Assembly (NCBI GenBank): GCA_020062205.1
Contig: JAGUWT010000284.1
Coordinates: 1 to 43,668 of the forward strand
Direction of reading: 5' to 3'
Source: Thermodesulfovibrionales bacterium
Lineage (GTDB): Bacteria; Nitrospirota; Thermodesulfovibrionia; Thermodesulfovibrionales; SM23-35
DNA: 43,668 nt
Position numbers and translations under genes: made by a program. This document shows positions 24,620 to 32,602 of this stretch, in pieces; positions within the stretch are counted from its first letter, which is position 1, and the number at the start of each line of letters is the position of its first letter. Below the pieces are notes generated by a model. The model was given only the letters and a program-made list of their open reading frames with translations, was not told the origin of the DNA and searched no databases.

Positions 24620-27451
24620 TTGAGCCTCTGTCTGTTGTTTATTATATTCTTATCGTTGCTTTTACCATGTGCAGCTGAAGAAATAAATGTCTCCCTCACT
24701 ATTCACGAAGCCTTAAGGGAAGGAGTCACCGGAATTGACAGGATACAGGAACCCGTAACAGTTGGAATTCCGTTTCCAAAGGGAATTCTTTCTGAAAAAA
24801 ATGGAGTGCCTCAATTAGCCCTTGAAGGGGTTAGAGAATATCAATTCCGCACCCTTGCTAAATGGCCTGATGGGTCTATGAAATGGGTACTTGTTGATTT
24901 TCAGACAAGTGTTAAATCTGGCGGCATCAATAATAATATTCATGTGATCAGGGGCAGCGGGAATTCCCCTGGCGAATTGGCAGAAGATAAAGGCGAGGTA
25001 ATCTCTATTAACACAGGAGTAATGAGTGTTCAAATAAAAAAGAAAGGTTTTAATCTCTTTGACAGCGTAATAATGGAAGGCAGAGGGATTATTGCAAAAG
25101 GAACTTCGAAGAGTATTGTTGCCATCGGGGAAGAAGGAAAGGAATATCTGGCGTTAAATGACTCAAAGACGAAGGTTTCGATTGAAGAAAACGGTCCTGT
25201 AAGAGCGGTAATAAAGGCAAAAGGAACTCATGTCGGAAATGGCAAAAGGATGATGGACTATACAGTGAGGATGCATTTTTACAAAGGCAAATCCATGGTA
25301 AGAGTGTTCTATACACTTCGTAATGCAAGTAAAGAACAGTTTGAACATGCTTATATACGTTCTCTCGATCTTGTCACTAAGTTATCATTCAACGGACCCT
25401 ACCAGATAGGTATAGCCGGGCATAATAGTGTTATAAAGGAACAGTTATCAGAAAAAGATGACAACGTGGTTTACTATCAGGCGGTTTCAGATTTTCCACA
25501 AGAGTATGCAGGTGATGCCTTTTATGATAAAGCACCCATTCCTCCGGATTACAAAAGAGAGAAAGAACGAGGATTTGTGCAGGAAGGGTACTGGATTAAA
25601 AAGGGTGAGAGAGAATTAGCAAGAGGGAAGAGAAAGGAATATCCTGATCTTGCGTTTCTCGATATCAGTGATAAAGACGGCAAAGGGGTAACCATCGGTA
25701 TCCGCTTTGCTGCAGGATGGTGGCCAAAAAGCCTGCGTGCCAGTGGTGCCGGTATAATTGAGGTTGGATTATGGCCCAAGGAAAACAAAGTAGGTTACTG
25801 GATAAGATATGGAAGCCATAATACATTTGAAGTAATGTATGAATTTCATGATAGAGCCAACGATCCTGCTGCCTCGATGAAGAAATTTCAATACCCGCTG
25901 GTGGCAAAGGCGTCAGTAGAGTGGTACAACCGAAATGTCAAGGGCATCTACCCCCTCTATAATTTTGTCTCTTTTGCTGAAGAGCAAAATTATATAAAAG
26001 GTAAAGGCTGGGATTATCTGGTCGGCTGGCGAAAACCAAAGATGAAGGTATGGCGTTACCATTATTGGGGGTGGGGAGGATTTTTAAATCAGCATGATTT
26101 TGCACGTATTGGACTGGTGAATTTTTCAAGGGAAACAGAAGATATTGTAAGAGCAGGTGAATACTTTTTAGGCGCTGAAGCGAGATTCAATTATAATGCC
26201 GACTGGGCTGTATACCACTCTGATGATTATGACCTTTCAGCTACCGAAAGGGGTAAATGGAGATTGCCTGACCCGGAAAAGAACAGAGAAAAGGCGCAAC
26301 TGGCAAAGGTTGTCTTTGAGTGGGAACATCCCCATTGGTATGGTATGCCTCTTTATTACTATATGACGGGGGATGAGCGGATCAAGGAGGCTATTCTGGA
26401 TTGGGCTGAGTATGTAAAAAAAACCCACACAAATATAACAATGGGTTCTTATCAGCGGGTCTGGGGATGGGGAATGTATACATTAGCTGCAATGTACGAT
26501 TTTACTGGTGATAAAACATTTATAGACATAGCCGATAAAAACTTCATCTGGCTTCTTGAAAACAGAGATGATTCACAGCATCGAGGAAGTACTATATTCA
26601 TCGATTGGAATCGAGGCTATATAGCAGGTGGCCCTGGAAGCGGATGGGGAAAAGAGCATGGACTTAAGCCGGGTCTCATGACAGGCTATGTACTTTTTGA
26701 TGGATTATATAACTATTATCTCTATATGGATGAAAGTAATCCACTTAAGAGAAGGGTAGCCGATGTATTAGAGGGCCTTTCGGAGTTTATGTACAGAGAG
26801 CCCTATGTCGAAGGTCGAAAGGGAGGGCACTGGGCTTTCTGGCTTCCTTATTCCTATAATCTTGAAAATAAGTCAAAGTCAGAGCATCAATACCGTCTTA
26901 TACTTCAGGCATTCTATGTCAATTTAGCCGATTATCTATTCAATGGAGGAGATAGATGGTTAGAAAGAATAGATAAGACTATAAGAATGGCTGGATGGGA
27001 CGAAAGCGGAATCTGGGATCATTTCGGTTTTATTGACCATCCTGGACTGCAATCCATGTTATATCTTCAATTACATCCCAGAACTGATATACTCCCTCCA
27101 GAGCCCGTTAAAGACCTTTCTGTAAGAGTAAATGGCGGTCATGTTATCTTAAGCTGGACTGCACCGGCTGATGCAGTGCGTTATCAGATTAAGTTCTCAA
27201 CAAAGAAACTTGTGGAATCCCTTGAGTTCGATCCAGATAAAAGGATATATAAATACAACCCTGCAGAATATGCCAACTGGTGGGCAGGAGAAAATATATT
27301 AGATGAGATCAATCCAGGAACGTCGGGAACAAAACAACAACATATCATAAAAAATCTGAAGCCCGGACATCATTATATTGCGATCAGGAGTTGGGATGCC
27401 TCAAACAACCGAAGCAGAATTTCCAATCTGGCAGAAGTTGAGATTAAGTAA
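24620..27451 (+). CDS. large secreted protein (N-terminal beta-rich region, central toroid-like region, C-terminal Fn3-like domain); possible glycan lyase/hydrolase
   Basis: TTG start after gggggtg. Signal peptide MSLCLLFIIFLSLLLPCAAEE. The N-terminal VTVGIPFPKG..WPDGSMKWVLVDF reminds me of YetA / exo-rhamnogalacturonan-lyase-like proteins. The C-terminal PEPVKDLSVRVNGGHVILSWTAPADAVRYQIKFS is Fn3-like. Confidence 0.55.
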   Translation: MSLCLLFIIFLSLLLPCAAEEINVSLTIHEALREGVTGIDRIQEPVTVGIPFPKGILSEKNGVPQLALEGVREYQFRTLAKWPDGSMKWVLVDFQTSVKSGGINNNIHVIRGSGNSPGELAEDKGEVISINTGVMSVQIKKKGFNLFDSVIMEGRGIIAKGTSKSIVAIGEEGKEYLALNDSKTKVSIEENGPVRAVIKAKGTHVGNGKRMMDYTVRMHFYKGKSMVRVFYTLRNASKEQFEHAYIRSLDLVTKLSFNGPYQIGIAGHNSVIKEQLSEKDDNVVYYQAVSDFPQEYAGDAFYDKAPIPPDYKREKERGFVQEGYWIKKGERELARGKRKEYPDLAFLDISDKDGKGVTIGIRFAAGWWPKSLRASGAGIIEVGLWPKENKVGYWIRYGSHNTFEVMYEFHDRANDPAASMKKFQYPLVAKASVEWYNRNVKGIYPLYNFVSFAEEQNYIKGKGWDYLVGWRKPKMKVWRYHYWGWGGFLNQHDFARIGLVNFSRETEDIVRAGEYFLGAEARFNYNADWAVYHSDDYDLSATERGKWRLPDPEKNREKAQLAKVVFEWEHPHWYGMPLYYYMTGDERIKEAILDWAEYVKKTHTNITMGSYQRVWGWGMYTLAAMYDFTGDKTFIDIADKNFIWLLENRDDSQHRGSTIFIDWNRGYIAGGPGSGWGKEHGLKPGLMTGYVLFDGLYNYYLYMDESNPLKRRVADVLEGLSEFMYREPYVEGRKGGHWAFWLPYSYNLENKSKSEHQYRLILQAFYVNLADYLFNGGDRWLERIDKTIRMAGWDESGIWDHFGFIDHPGLQSMLYLQLHPRTDILPPEPVKDLSVRVNGGHVILSWTAPADAVRYQIKFSTKKLVESLEFDPDKRIYKYNPAEYANWWAGENILDEINPGTSGTKQQHIIKNLKPGHHYIAIRSWDASNNRSRISNLAEVEIK

Positions 27452-27727
27452 ACCACCACACCTTTACAGGTGTGACTCTACCCAATACTGGCTTCGCCAG
27501 CAAATCATTCCATTCATCCCCGTCTTCACAGACAGGGCTTTCTTGTGTGGTGGTAAATCATTCAAGCGCAACCTTGCGGACGATGGTAATCGCCCAGCGC
27601 TTTCTGGATCCCAAACACAAACAGAAACGCCCTCCTGAGGGATAGAGGAGCAAAGATATTCCCATTAATCAGGTAGGTGGATATTTTGTGTCGGTTTTAC
27701 AGTTGACTGATTAGATAATAATGCGCG

Positions 27728-29017
27728 GTGAGAGAACAATCAGTGAATCAAAAGAAAATAGAAATTAAGGCAGTAGAAAATAGAAAGGACAATTTCAATA
27801 TTGGAAGATTGACCATGCTATTTTTATTCACTTTATTGATCATCTACGGGACTCTATACCCTTTCAGTGGTTGGCAGCAGCCTGATGGCAATATATGGAA
27901 TTTACTGGTACCAAAATGGCCCCGCCATATTTCCCGTACTGACTTAACCACAAATTTTCTGGTCTATATGCCCCTTGGTTTGTTTATCGCCAAATCTCTA
28001 AATATACGTTTAAGCTCCCTTTCAAGGATATTACTAACCACCATTCTGGGAACTGTATTCAGTTTTTCACTTGAATGTTTACAAGTGTTTCTTCCCAGCA
28101 GGGCATCATCCATTTTCGACGTTCTTTTAAATGGAGGTGGTACTTTTGCAGGTGCCACGTTTGCAGAAATCTTAGGAGATCGAACTGCTATGGGAAGAAA
28201 ATTAATATCATTGCGGCAGGAGTTGTTTTTACCTGGTCGTCTAAATGACCTTGGCCTTGTCATATTAGTTTTTTGGGCGCTGTCCCAATTAATTCCGCTG
28301 GTTCCCTCTCTCGATATAGGCAATTTGAAATACGGGCTTAAACCATTATGGAATACCCTTCATAATCTGAAGAGCTTTAATCTATATCAGGCGTTAGTAT
28401 ATACATTTAACATATTTGGCCTCGGTGTTGTCGCCTTTTTGATAGCAAAAGATAAAAATCATATGACTACTATATTTGCTACCTTTGTTACCACGGTGTT
28501 TCTTTTCAAGGTTCCGATTGTTGGACGACAACTATCTATGGAAGCAGTATCTGGGCTTGCCTGTGGCCTGGTTTTATTAATCTCTTTACGCTATATACCA
28601 AATCCGGTTTTGGTAGTTATGGCCGCAGTGGCTATCTTTGCGGCATTTGTCATCAATGAAGTGTATCCAGCTACAGCTTCTTTATCGTGTCTCCACTCAT
28701 TCAACTGGATTCCCTTTCGGAGGCAAATGACAAATTTAATGGGCATAATAAGTATCATGGAAGGGCTCTGGCCATTCGCATTGCTTGCTTACCTGACAAT
28801 GTTAATGCGCCAGTGTACACTCCTTAGCGCAATCCTTGCTGGATTGCCGCTGTTCATTCTTGTCTTTGTGATGGAATGGGTACAGCAGGGCATACCCGGC
28901 CGTTATCCTGATATTACCGCTGTCCTACTCGCAGTTATTGGATGGACTACGCCGCGGTTATTTATAGGCATTCCTATTGAGAAAATTCGTAGTGGCAGTT
29001 TACAGCCACTCAAATAA
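27728..29017 (+). CDS. VanZ-like domain polytopic membrane protein
   Basis: Motifs LLIIYGTLYPF and FSLECLQVFLPSRASSIFDVLLNGGGTFAGA (VanZ signature), followed by about 8 more hydrophobic helices. The start is uncertain (GTG 27728 or ATG 27815). Confidence 0.7.
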   Translation: MREQSVNQKKIEIKAVENRKDNFNIGRLTMLFLFTLLIIYGTLYPFSGWQQPDGNIWNLLVPKWPRHISRTDLTTNFLVYMPLGLFIAKSLNIRLSSLSRILLTTILGTVFSFSLECLQVFLPSRASSIFDVLLNGGGTFAGATFAEILGDRTAMGRKLISLRQELFLPGRLNDLGLVILVFWALSQLIPLVPSLDIGNLKYGLKPLWNTLHNLKSFNLYQALVYTFNIFGLGVVAFLIAKDKNHMTTIFATFVTTVFLFKVPIVGRQLSMEAVSGLACGLVLLISLRYIPNPVLVVMAAVAIFAAFVINEVYPATASLSCLHSFNWIPFRRQMTNLMGIISIMEGLWPFALLAYLTMLMRQCTLLSAILAGLPLFILVFVMEWVQQGIPGRYPDITAVLLAVIGWTTPRLFIGIPIEKIRSGSLQPLK

Positions 29018-29030
29018 AGAAGAAGTTTTT

Positions 29031-30242
29031 ATGAAGATCCTCCATATCCTCGACCATTATAAGCCCCACTTCAGTGGGTATGTCTTCAGGACAAGTTATA
29101 TCCTGAGATATCAAAAGGAGTTGGGCCTTGAGCCAATAGTGGTTACCTCACCAAAGCATGGTAATGCAGAGAAATCCCTCGAAGAGATTGACAATATAAA
29201 AATCTACAGGGCACCAGCCAATAATTTTGGGGGAATTCCATTCCTGAAAGAGGCACGATTAATGAAAGTACTTCGGGACAGGATTGTAGAAGCTGTCAGG
29301 AGAGAAAAACCTGATATCATCCATGCTCATTCACCAAGCCTCAATGGCATACCAGCATTGAGGGTAGGGAGGAAGTACAGTATACCTGTTGTCTATGAAA
29401 TAAGGGCTTTCTGGGAAGACGCTGCTGTTGACCATGGGACTTTCCGTGAAGGCTCTCTTCGATACAAGTGGAGCAGATTCATAGAGACAGAATTATTGAA
29501 AAGGGTTGATGCGGTATTCACAATATGTAGGAGTCTCAAGAAGGAGATAGTAGCAAGAGGTATAGAGGATAATAAAGTTACAATAATACCAAACTGTGTC
29601 GATGGAGGATATTTTTCACCCACAGCATATGATAAGGAGATAGCTGATAGATATGGCTTGGTTGATAAGATTGTCTTTGGTTTTATTGGTTCATTCTACC
29701 ACTATGAAGGGATAGATCTCTTGATAGATAGCTATAGAAATACTCTGAAAAAAAATAGAGATACACGGTTGCTCCTGGTCGGTGATGGACCTGAAAGAGT
29801 TGCACTTTATAAAAAGGCAGAAGAAAATGGGTTACTCGGCCATGTTATTTTTACCGGAAAGGTTCCCCATGAGGATGTAAAGAGATACTACTCAGTGATA
29901 GATTTCCTTATTTATCCAAGAAAGAGCATAAGACTTACTGAGCTCGTGACCCCTTTAAAACCCCTTGAGGCTATGGCAATGGGGAAGATTGTTGTTGGCA
30001 GTGATGTCGGTGGGATTAGAGAGTTGATAACACCTGATAAAGATGGACTACTGTTTAGAGCAGGAGATGCTGATGAACTTTCAAGATTGTTGATTGATCT
30101 GGCGCTGAATAATAAAGACCTTAAAAGAATCTCAATGACAGCAAGAGAGACAGTAGAGCATCAGCATAAATGGGAATCGGCTGTCAAAAAATACCTACCG
30201 ATATATGAGCATTTGATAAAAAAATTAAAAAATAACCAATAA
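29031..30242 (+). CDS. glycosyltransferase family 4, of the type found next to exosortase-locus AsnB genes
   Basis: ATG 29031 (MKILHILDHYKPHFSGYVFRT). The listed start at 28977 overlaps the VanZ-like gene. Motifs TELVTPLKPLEAMAMGKIVVGSDVGGIRELI. The C-terminal KNNQ-stop lies in an AATAAC array. Confidence 0.85.
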   Translation: MKILHILDHYKPHFSGYVFRTSYILRYQKELGLEPIVVTSPKHGNAEKSLEEIDNIKIYRAPANNFGGIPFLKEARLMKVLRDRIVEAVRREKPDIIHAHSPSLNGIPALRVGRKYSIPVVYEIRAFWEDAAVDHGTFREGSLRYKWSRFIETELLKRVDAVFTICRSLKKEIVARGIEDNKVTIIPNCVDGGYFSPTAYDKEIADRYGLVDKIVFGFIGSFYHYEGIDLLIDSYRNTLKKNRDTRLLLVGDGPERVALYKKAEENGLLGHVIFTGKVPHEDVKRYYSVIDFLIYPRKSIRLTELVTPLKPLEAMAMGKIVVGSDVGGIRELITPDKDGLLFRAGDADELSRLLIDLALNNKDLKRISMTARETVEHQHKWESAVKKYLPIYEHLIKKLKNNQ

Positions 30243-30269
30243 ACTAATAACTCAATAATTTTCTAAACC

Positions 30270-32216
30270 ATGTGTGGCATAGTCGGAATCATAAATACCG
30301 TTTTAACACCTGAAAGGTCTCTTTTAGAGAAGATGTGTAGGATAATGACCCACAGAGGGCCTGATGGGGAGGGGTGTTACATTGAAGGACCTATCGCTCT
30401 TGGACACAGGAGATTGAGCATTATAGACCTTGAGGGTGGAAAACAACCAATGAGTAATGAAGATGACACAGTGTGGATTACCTTCAATGGAGAAATATAT
30501 AACTTTCCCGATGTTCAAAGAGAACTTGAAAAAAAAGGACATCGATTTAAAACAAGAAGCGATACTGAAGTGATTATTCATGCATATGAAGAATATGGGA
30601 AAGAGTGCATAAAGTATTTCAGGGGGATGTTTGCATTCGGAATTTGGGATAGTAAAAAAAAGGAACTCTTTCTTGCACGTGACCGTCTTGGGAAGAAGCC
30701 TCTTTACTATTATGTTGATGACAGGAGTTTTATCTTTGCCTCAGAAATAAAGGCAATCCTTCAGGATGAATATATAAAAAGAGAACTTGATGTAAAGGCA
30801 CTGGCTGATTACTTTACCTATCATTACGTTCCGTTTCCTGAAACAATATTCAAAGGCATACATAAACTGCCACCAGGACATTTAATGACTGTTCGAATTG
30901 TTCAAGATGTTCGAGACGTTCAAGTCGTTTCGAACAAGTGTAATGATCGAACGAGCGAAGCGATCGAACATATCGAATTTACTATTCATCAATACTGGGA
31001 TATTGAATATAAACCGGACTATTCTCTATCAGAACAGGAGTGGGTAGAGGCATTAAAGGAAAAACTGAAAGAAGCAGTCAGGATCAGGCTTATCAGTGAT
31101 GTGCCACTTGGGGCGTTTCTCAGTGGAGGGATAGATTCAAGCACTGTTGTTGCATTCATGAGTATGGTTCAGAACACACCTGTCAAAACATTCTCAATAG
31201 GGTTCAAAGAAGAGGATTTCAGCGAAGTGAAATATGCACGGGAGGTTGCCAAGAGGTTTGGAACTGAACATCAGGAAATGGTGGTCGAGCCCGATGCTAT
31301 AGAGGTATTACCAAAGCTCGCATGGGAATTTGACGAACCTTTTGCAGATTCTTCAGCCATACCTACCTATTATGTATCTAAAATGGCGAGGAAGTATGTA
31401 ACCGTCATCCTTTCTGGTGATGGCGGTGATGAAACCTTTGCTGGCTATAGGAGGTATCTATGGGCAAGGGATATGCATAAATACGACTGGATACCTCTGC
31501 CTTTGAGGGCAATAGTATTCGGAATTCCTGCTGCACTACTCCCAGATGGTATGAGAGGCAAAGGTATGCTCAGGCACCTTTCAAACGGTCCCTTTGAGCG
31601 ATATGCAGGTCTTAATACCTTTGGAGAACTGAACTCCCTCAAAAATCTCTTGAGCACAGATGTTCTGAACGAAGTCCAAAAGAGACAAAATGGGAGGTTG
31701 CATGACTATGCCTTTCTCAAGAAGTATTATGACTTCTGTAAGCATGACGACTATCTCACAAAGATACAATACATGGACACAAAGACCTACCTTGCTGAGG
31801 ATATTCTAACCAAGGTAGATAGGGCAAGCATGCTCTGTAGTCTGGAGACCCGTGCTCCATTACTTGATCATGAGGTAATTGAACTTGTTGCCAGAATTCC
31901 ATCATCCATGAAGATAAAAGATGGTGAGACGAAATATATCCTCAAAAAGGCAATGGATGGAATCCTCCCTGATACGATTTTGTATAGAAAAAAAATGGGC
32001 TTTGGGGTGCCTCTTATATATTGGTTTAAGAAAGATTTAACACAATATGCACGTGAGGTTCTTCTTTCTCAGGAAACTAAACATCGAGGAATATTTAATC
32101 AGAGCTATATCAAGAATATTTTGGAGAGACATCAGAAAAAGGGAAGAGACCTGAGTGCTAAGATATGGGCACTTCTTTTTTTCGAACACTGGTGCAGGAA
32201 CTGGCTTGATACATAA
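30270..32216 (+). CDS. asnB: asparagine synthase (glutamine-hydrolysing) family amidotransferase, exosortase-locus type, with an in-frame repeat insertion
   Basis: MCGIVGII (Cys2 nucleophile), HRRLSIIDL, RDRLGKKPLYYY and the PP-loop GAFLSGGIDSSTV. The extra segment IVQDVRDVQVVSNKCNDRTSEAIEHIE follows PPGHLMTV. Confidence 0.9.
   Translation: MCGIVGIINTVLTPERSLLEKMCRIMTHRGPDGEGCYIEGPIALGHRRLSIIDLEGGKQPMSNEDDTVWITFNGEIYNFPDVQRELEKKGHRFKTRSDTEVIIHAYEEYGKECIKYFRGMFAFGIWDSKKKELFLARDRLGKKPLYYYVDDRSFIFASEIKAILQDEYIKRELDVKALADYFTYHYVPFPETIFKGIHKLPPGHLMTVRIVQDVRDVQVVSNKCNDRTSEAIEHIEFTIHQYWDIEYKPDYSLSEQEWVEALKEKLKEAVRIRLISDVPLGAFLSGGIDSSTVVAFMSMVQNTPVKTFSIGFKEEDFSEVKYAREVAKRFGTEHQEMVVEPDAIEVLPKLAWEFDEPFADSSAIPTYYVSKMARKYVTVILSGDGGDETFAGYRRYLWARDMHKYDWIPLPLRAIVFGIPAALLPDGMRGKGMLRHLSNGPFERYAGLNTFGELNSLKNLLSTDVLNEVQKRQNGRLHDYAFLKKYYDFCKHDDYLTKIQYMDTKTYLAEDILTKVDRASMLCSLETRAPLLDHEVIELVARIPSSMKIKDGETKYILKKAMDGILPDTILYRKKMGFGVPLIYWFKKDLTQYAREVLLSQETKHRGIFNQSYIKNILERHQKKGRDLSAKIWALLFFEHWCRNWLDT
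30891..30978. repeat. GTTCRA/TCGAAC 9-nt-periodic palindromic element, copy in the asnB coding sequence
   Basis: Units are gttcgaatt gttcaagat gttcgagac gttcaagtc gtttcgaac aagtgtaat gatcgaacg agcgaagcg atcgaacat atcgaat. That is ten 9-nt units, about 30 codons. Confidence 0.75.
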
Positions 32217-32254
32217 AGATGGCAACTAGTTTTGTCCCTTATAGAGAGCGGTTA

Positions 32255-32524
32255 TGAGGAGGATATAAATATTCCTGTCACAGTACGTGAGGCTCTAAGA
32301 AAGGTGTCAGTGGGATTGATAGGACCGAGGAGACGGTTACAGGTTGGTATAACCCTTTCCAAGGGGAATGCTTTATGAGAAAATGGGTATGCCACAATTA
32401 TCAGTTGATGGTATGAAAGACTATCAATTTCGCATGCTGAAGCAGGATGATGGTTCAGTAAAATGGGGATAAACATAATAACAGAGTAAGATTTCTAATC
32501 TCGCCGAGGTAGAGATTAAATAAA
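32255..32524 (+). pseudogene. internally deleted, decayed paralogue of the 943-aa secreted protein gene
   Basis: 32255-32472 aligns to codons ~20-95 of 24620..27451 (EEDINIPVTVREALR.., VGITLSKG.., DGMKDYQFRMLKQDDGSVKW). It contains two in-frame TGA stops and frameshifts. 32481-32524 aligns to the last 14 codons plus stop (aacagagtaagatttctaatctcgccgaggtagagattaaataa versus aaccgaagcagaatttccaatctggcagaagttgagattaagtaa). Confidence 0.85.
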
Positions 32525-32602
32525 AACAAAAATATCATTCCTTCAAAGGTGGGTAAATAGTTTGAATATCTATAATAGTTTTAAATTGGAGAAGAACTAA
32601 AT

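Noticed and set aside
27964-28323. A 119-aa minus-strand ORF antisense to the VanZ-like gene. Similar alternative-frame ORFs lie inside the NRPS, for example 34086..34460 and 37896..38207.
   Set aside because: They lie inside strongly supported genes and have no motifs. ORFs of this length are expected by chance in the more GC-rich stretches.
28977-29030. The long N-terminal extensions in the ORF track for several genes: 28977, 8543, 11600, 15823, 39150 and 14384.
   Set aside because: These extensions overlap the preceding gene or a gene remnant. Internal starts give canonical family N-termini, for example MKILHILD, MPTCLIVIPAYN and MKILVITT.
32541-32576. A promoter for the NRPS (TATAAT at 32571-32576).
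   Set aside because: A -10-like hexamer is present, but no acceptable -35 lies at a 16-18-nt spacing. The evidence is too weak to report as a feature.
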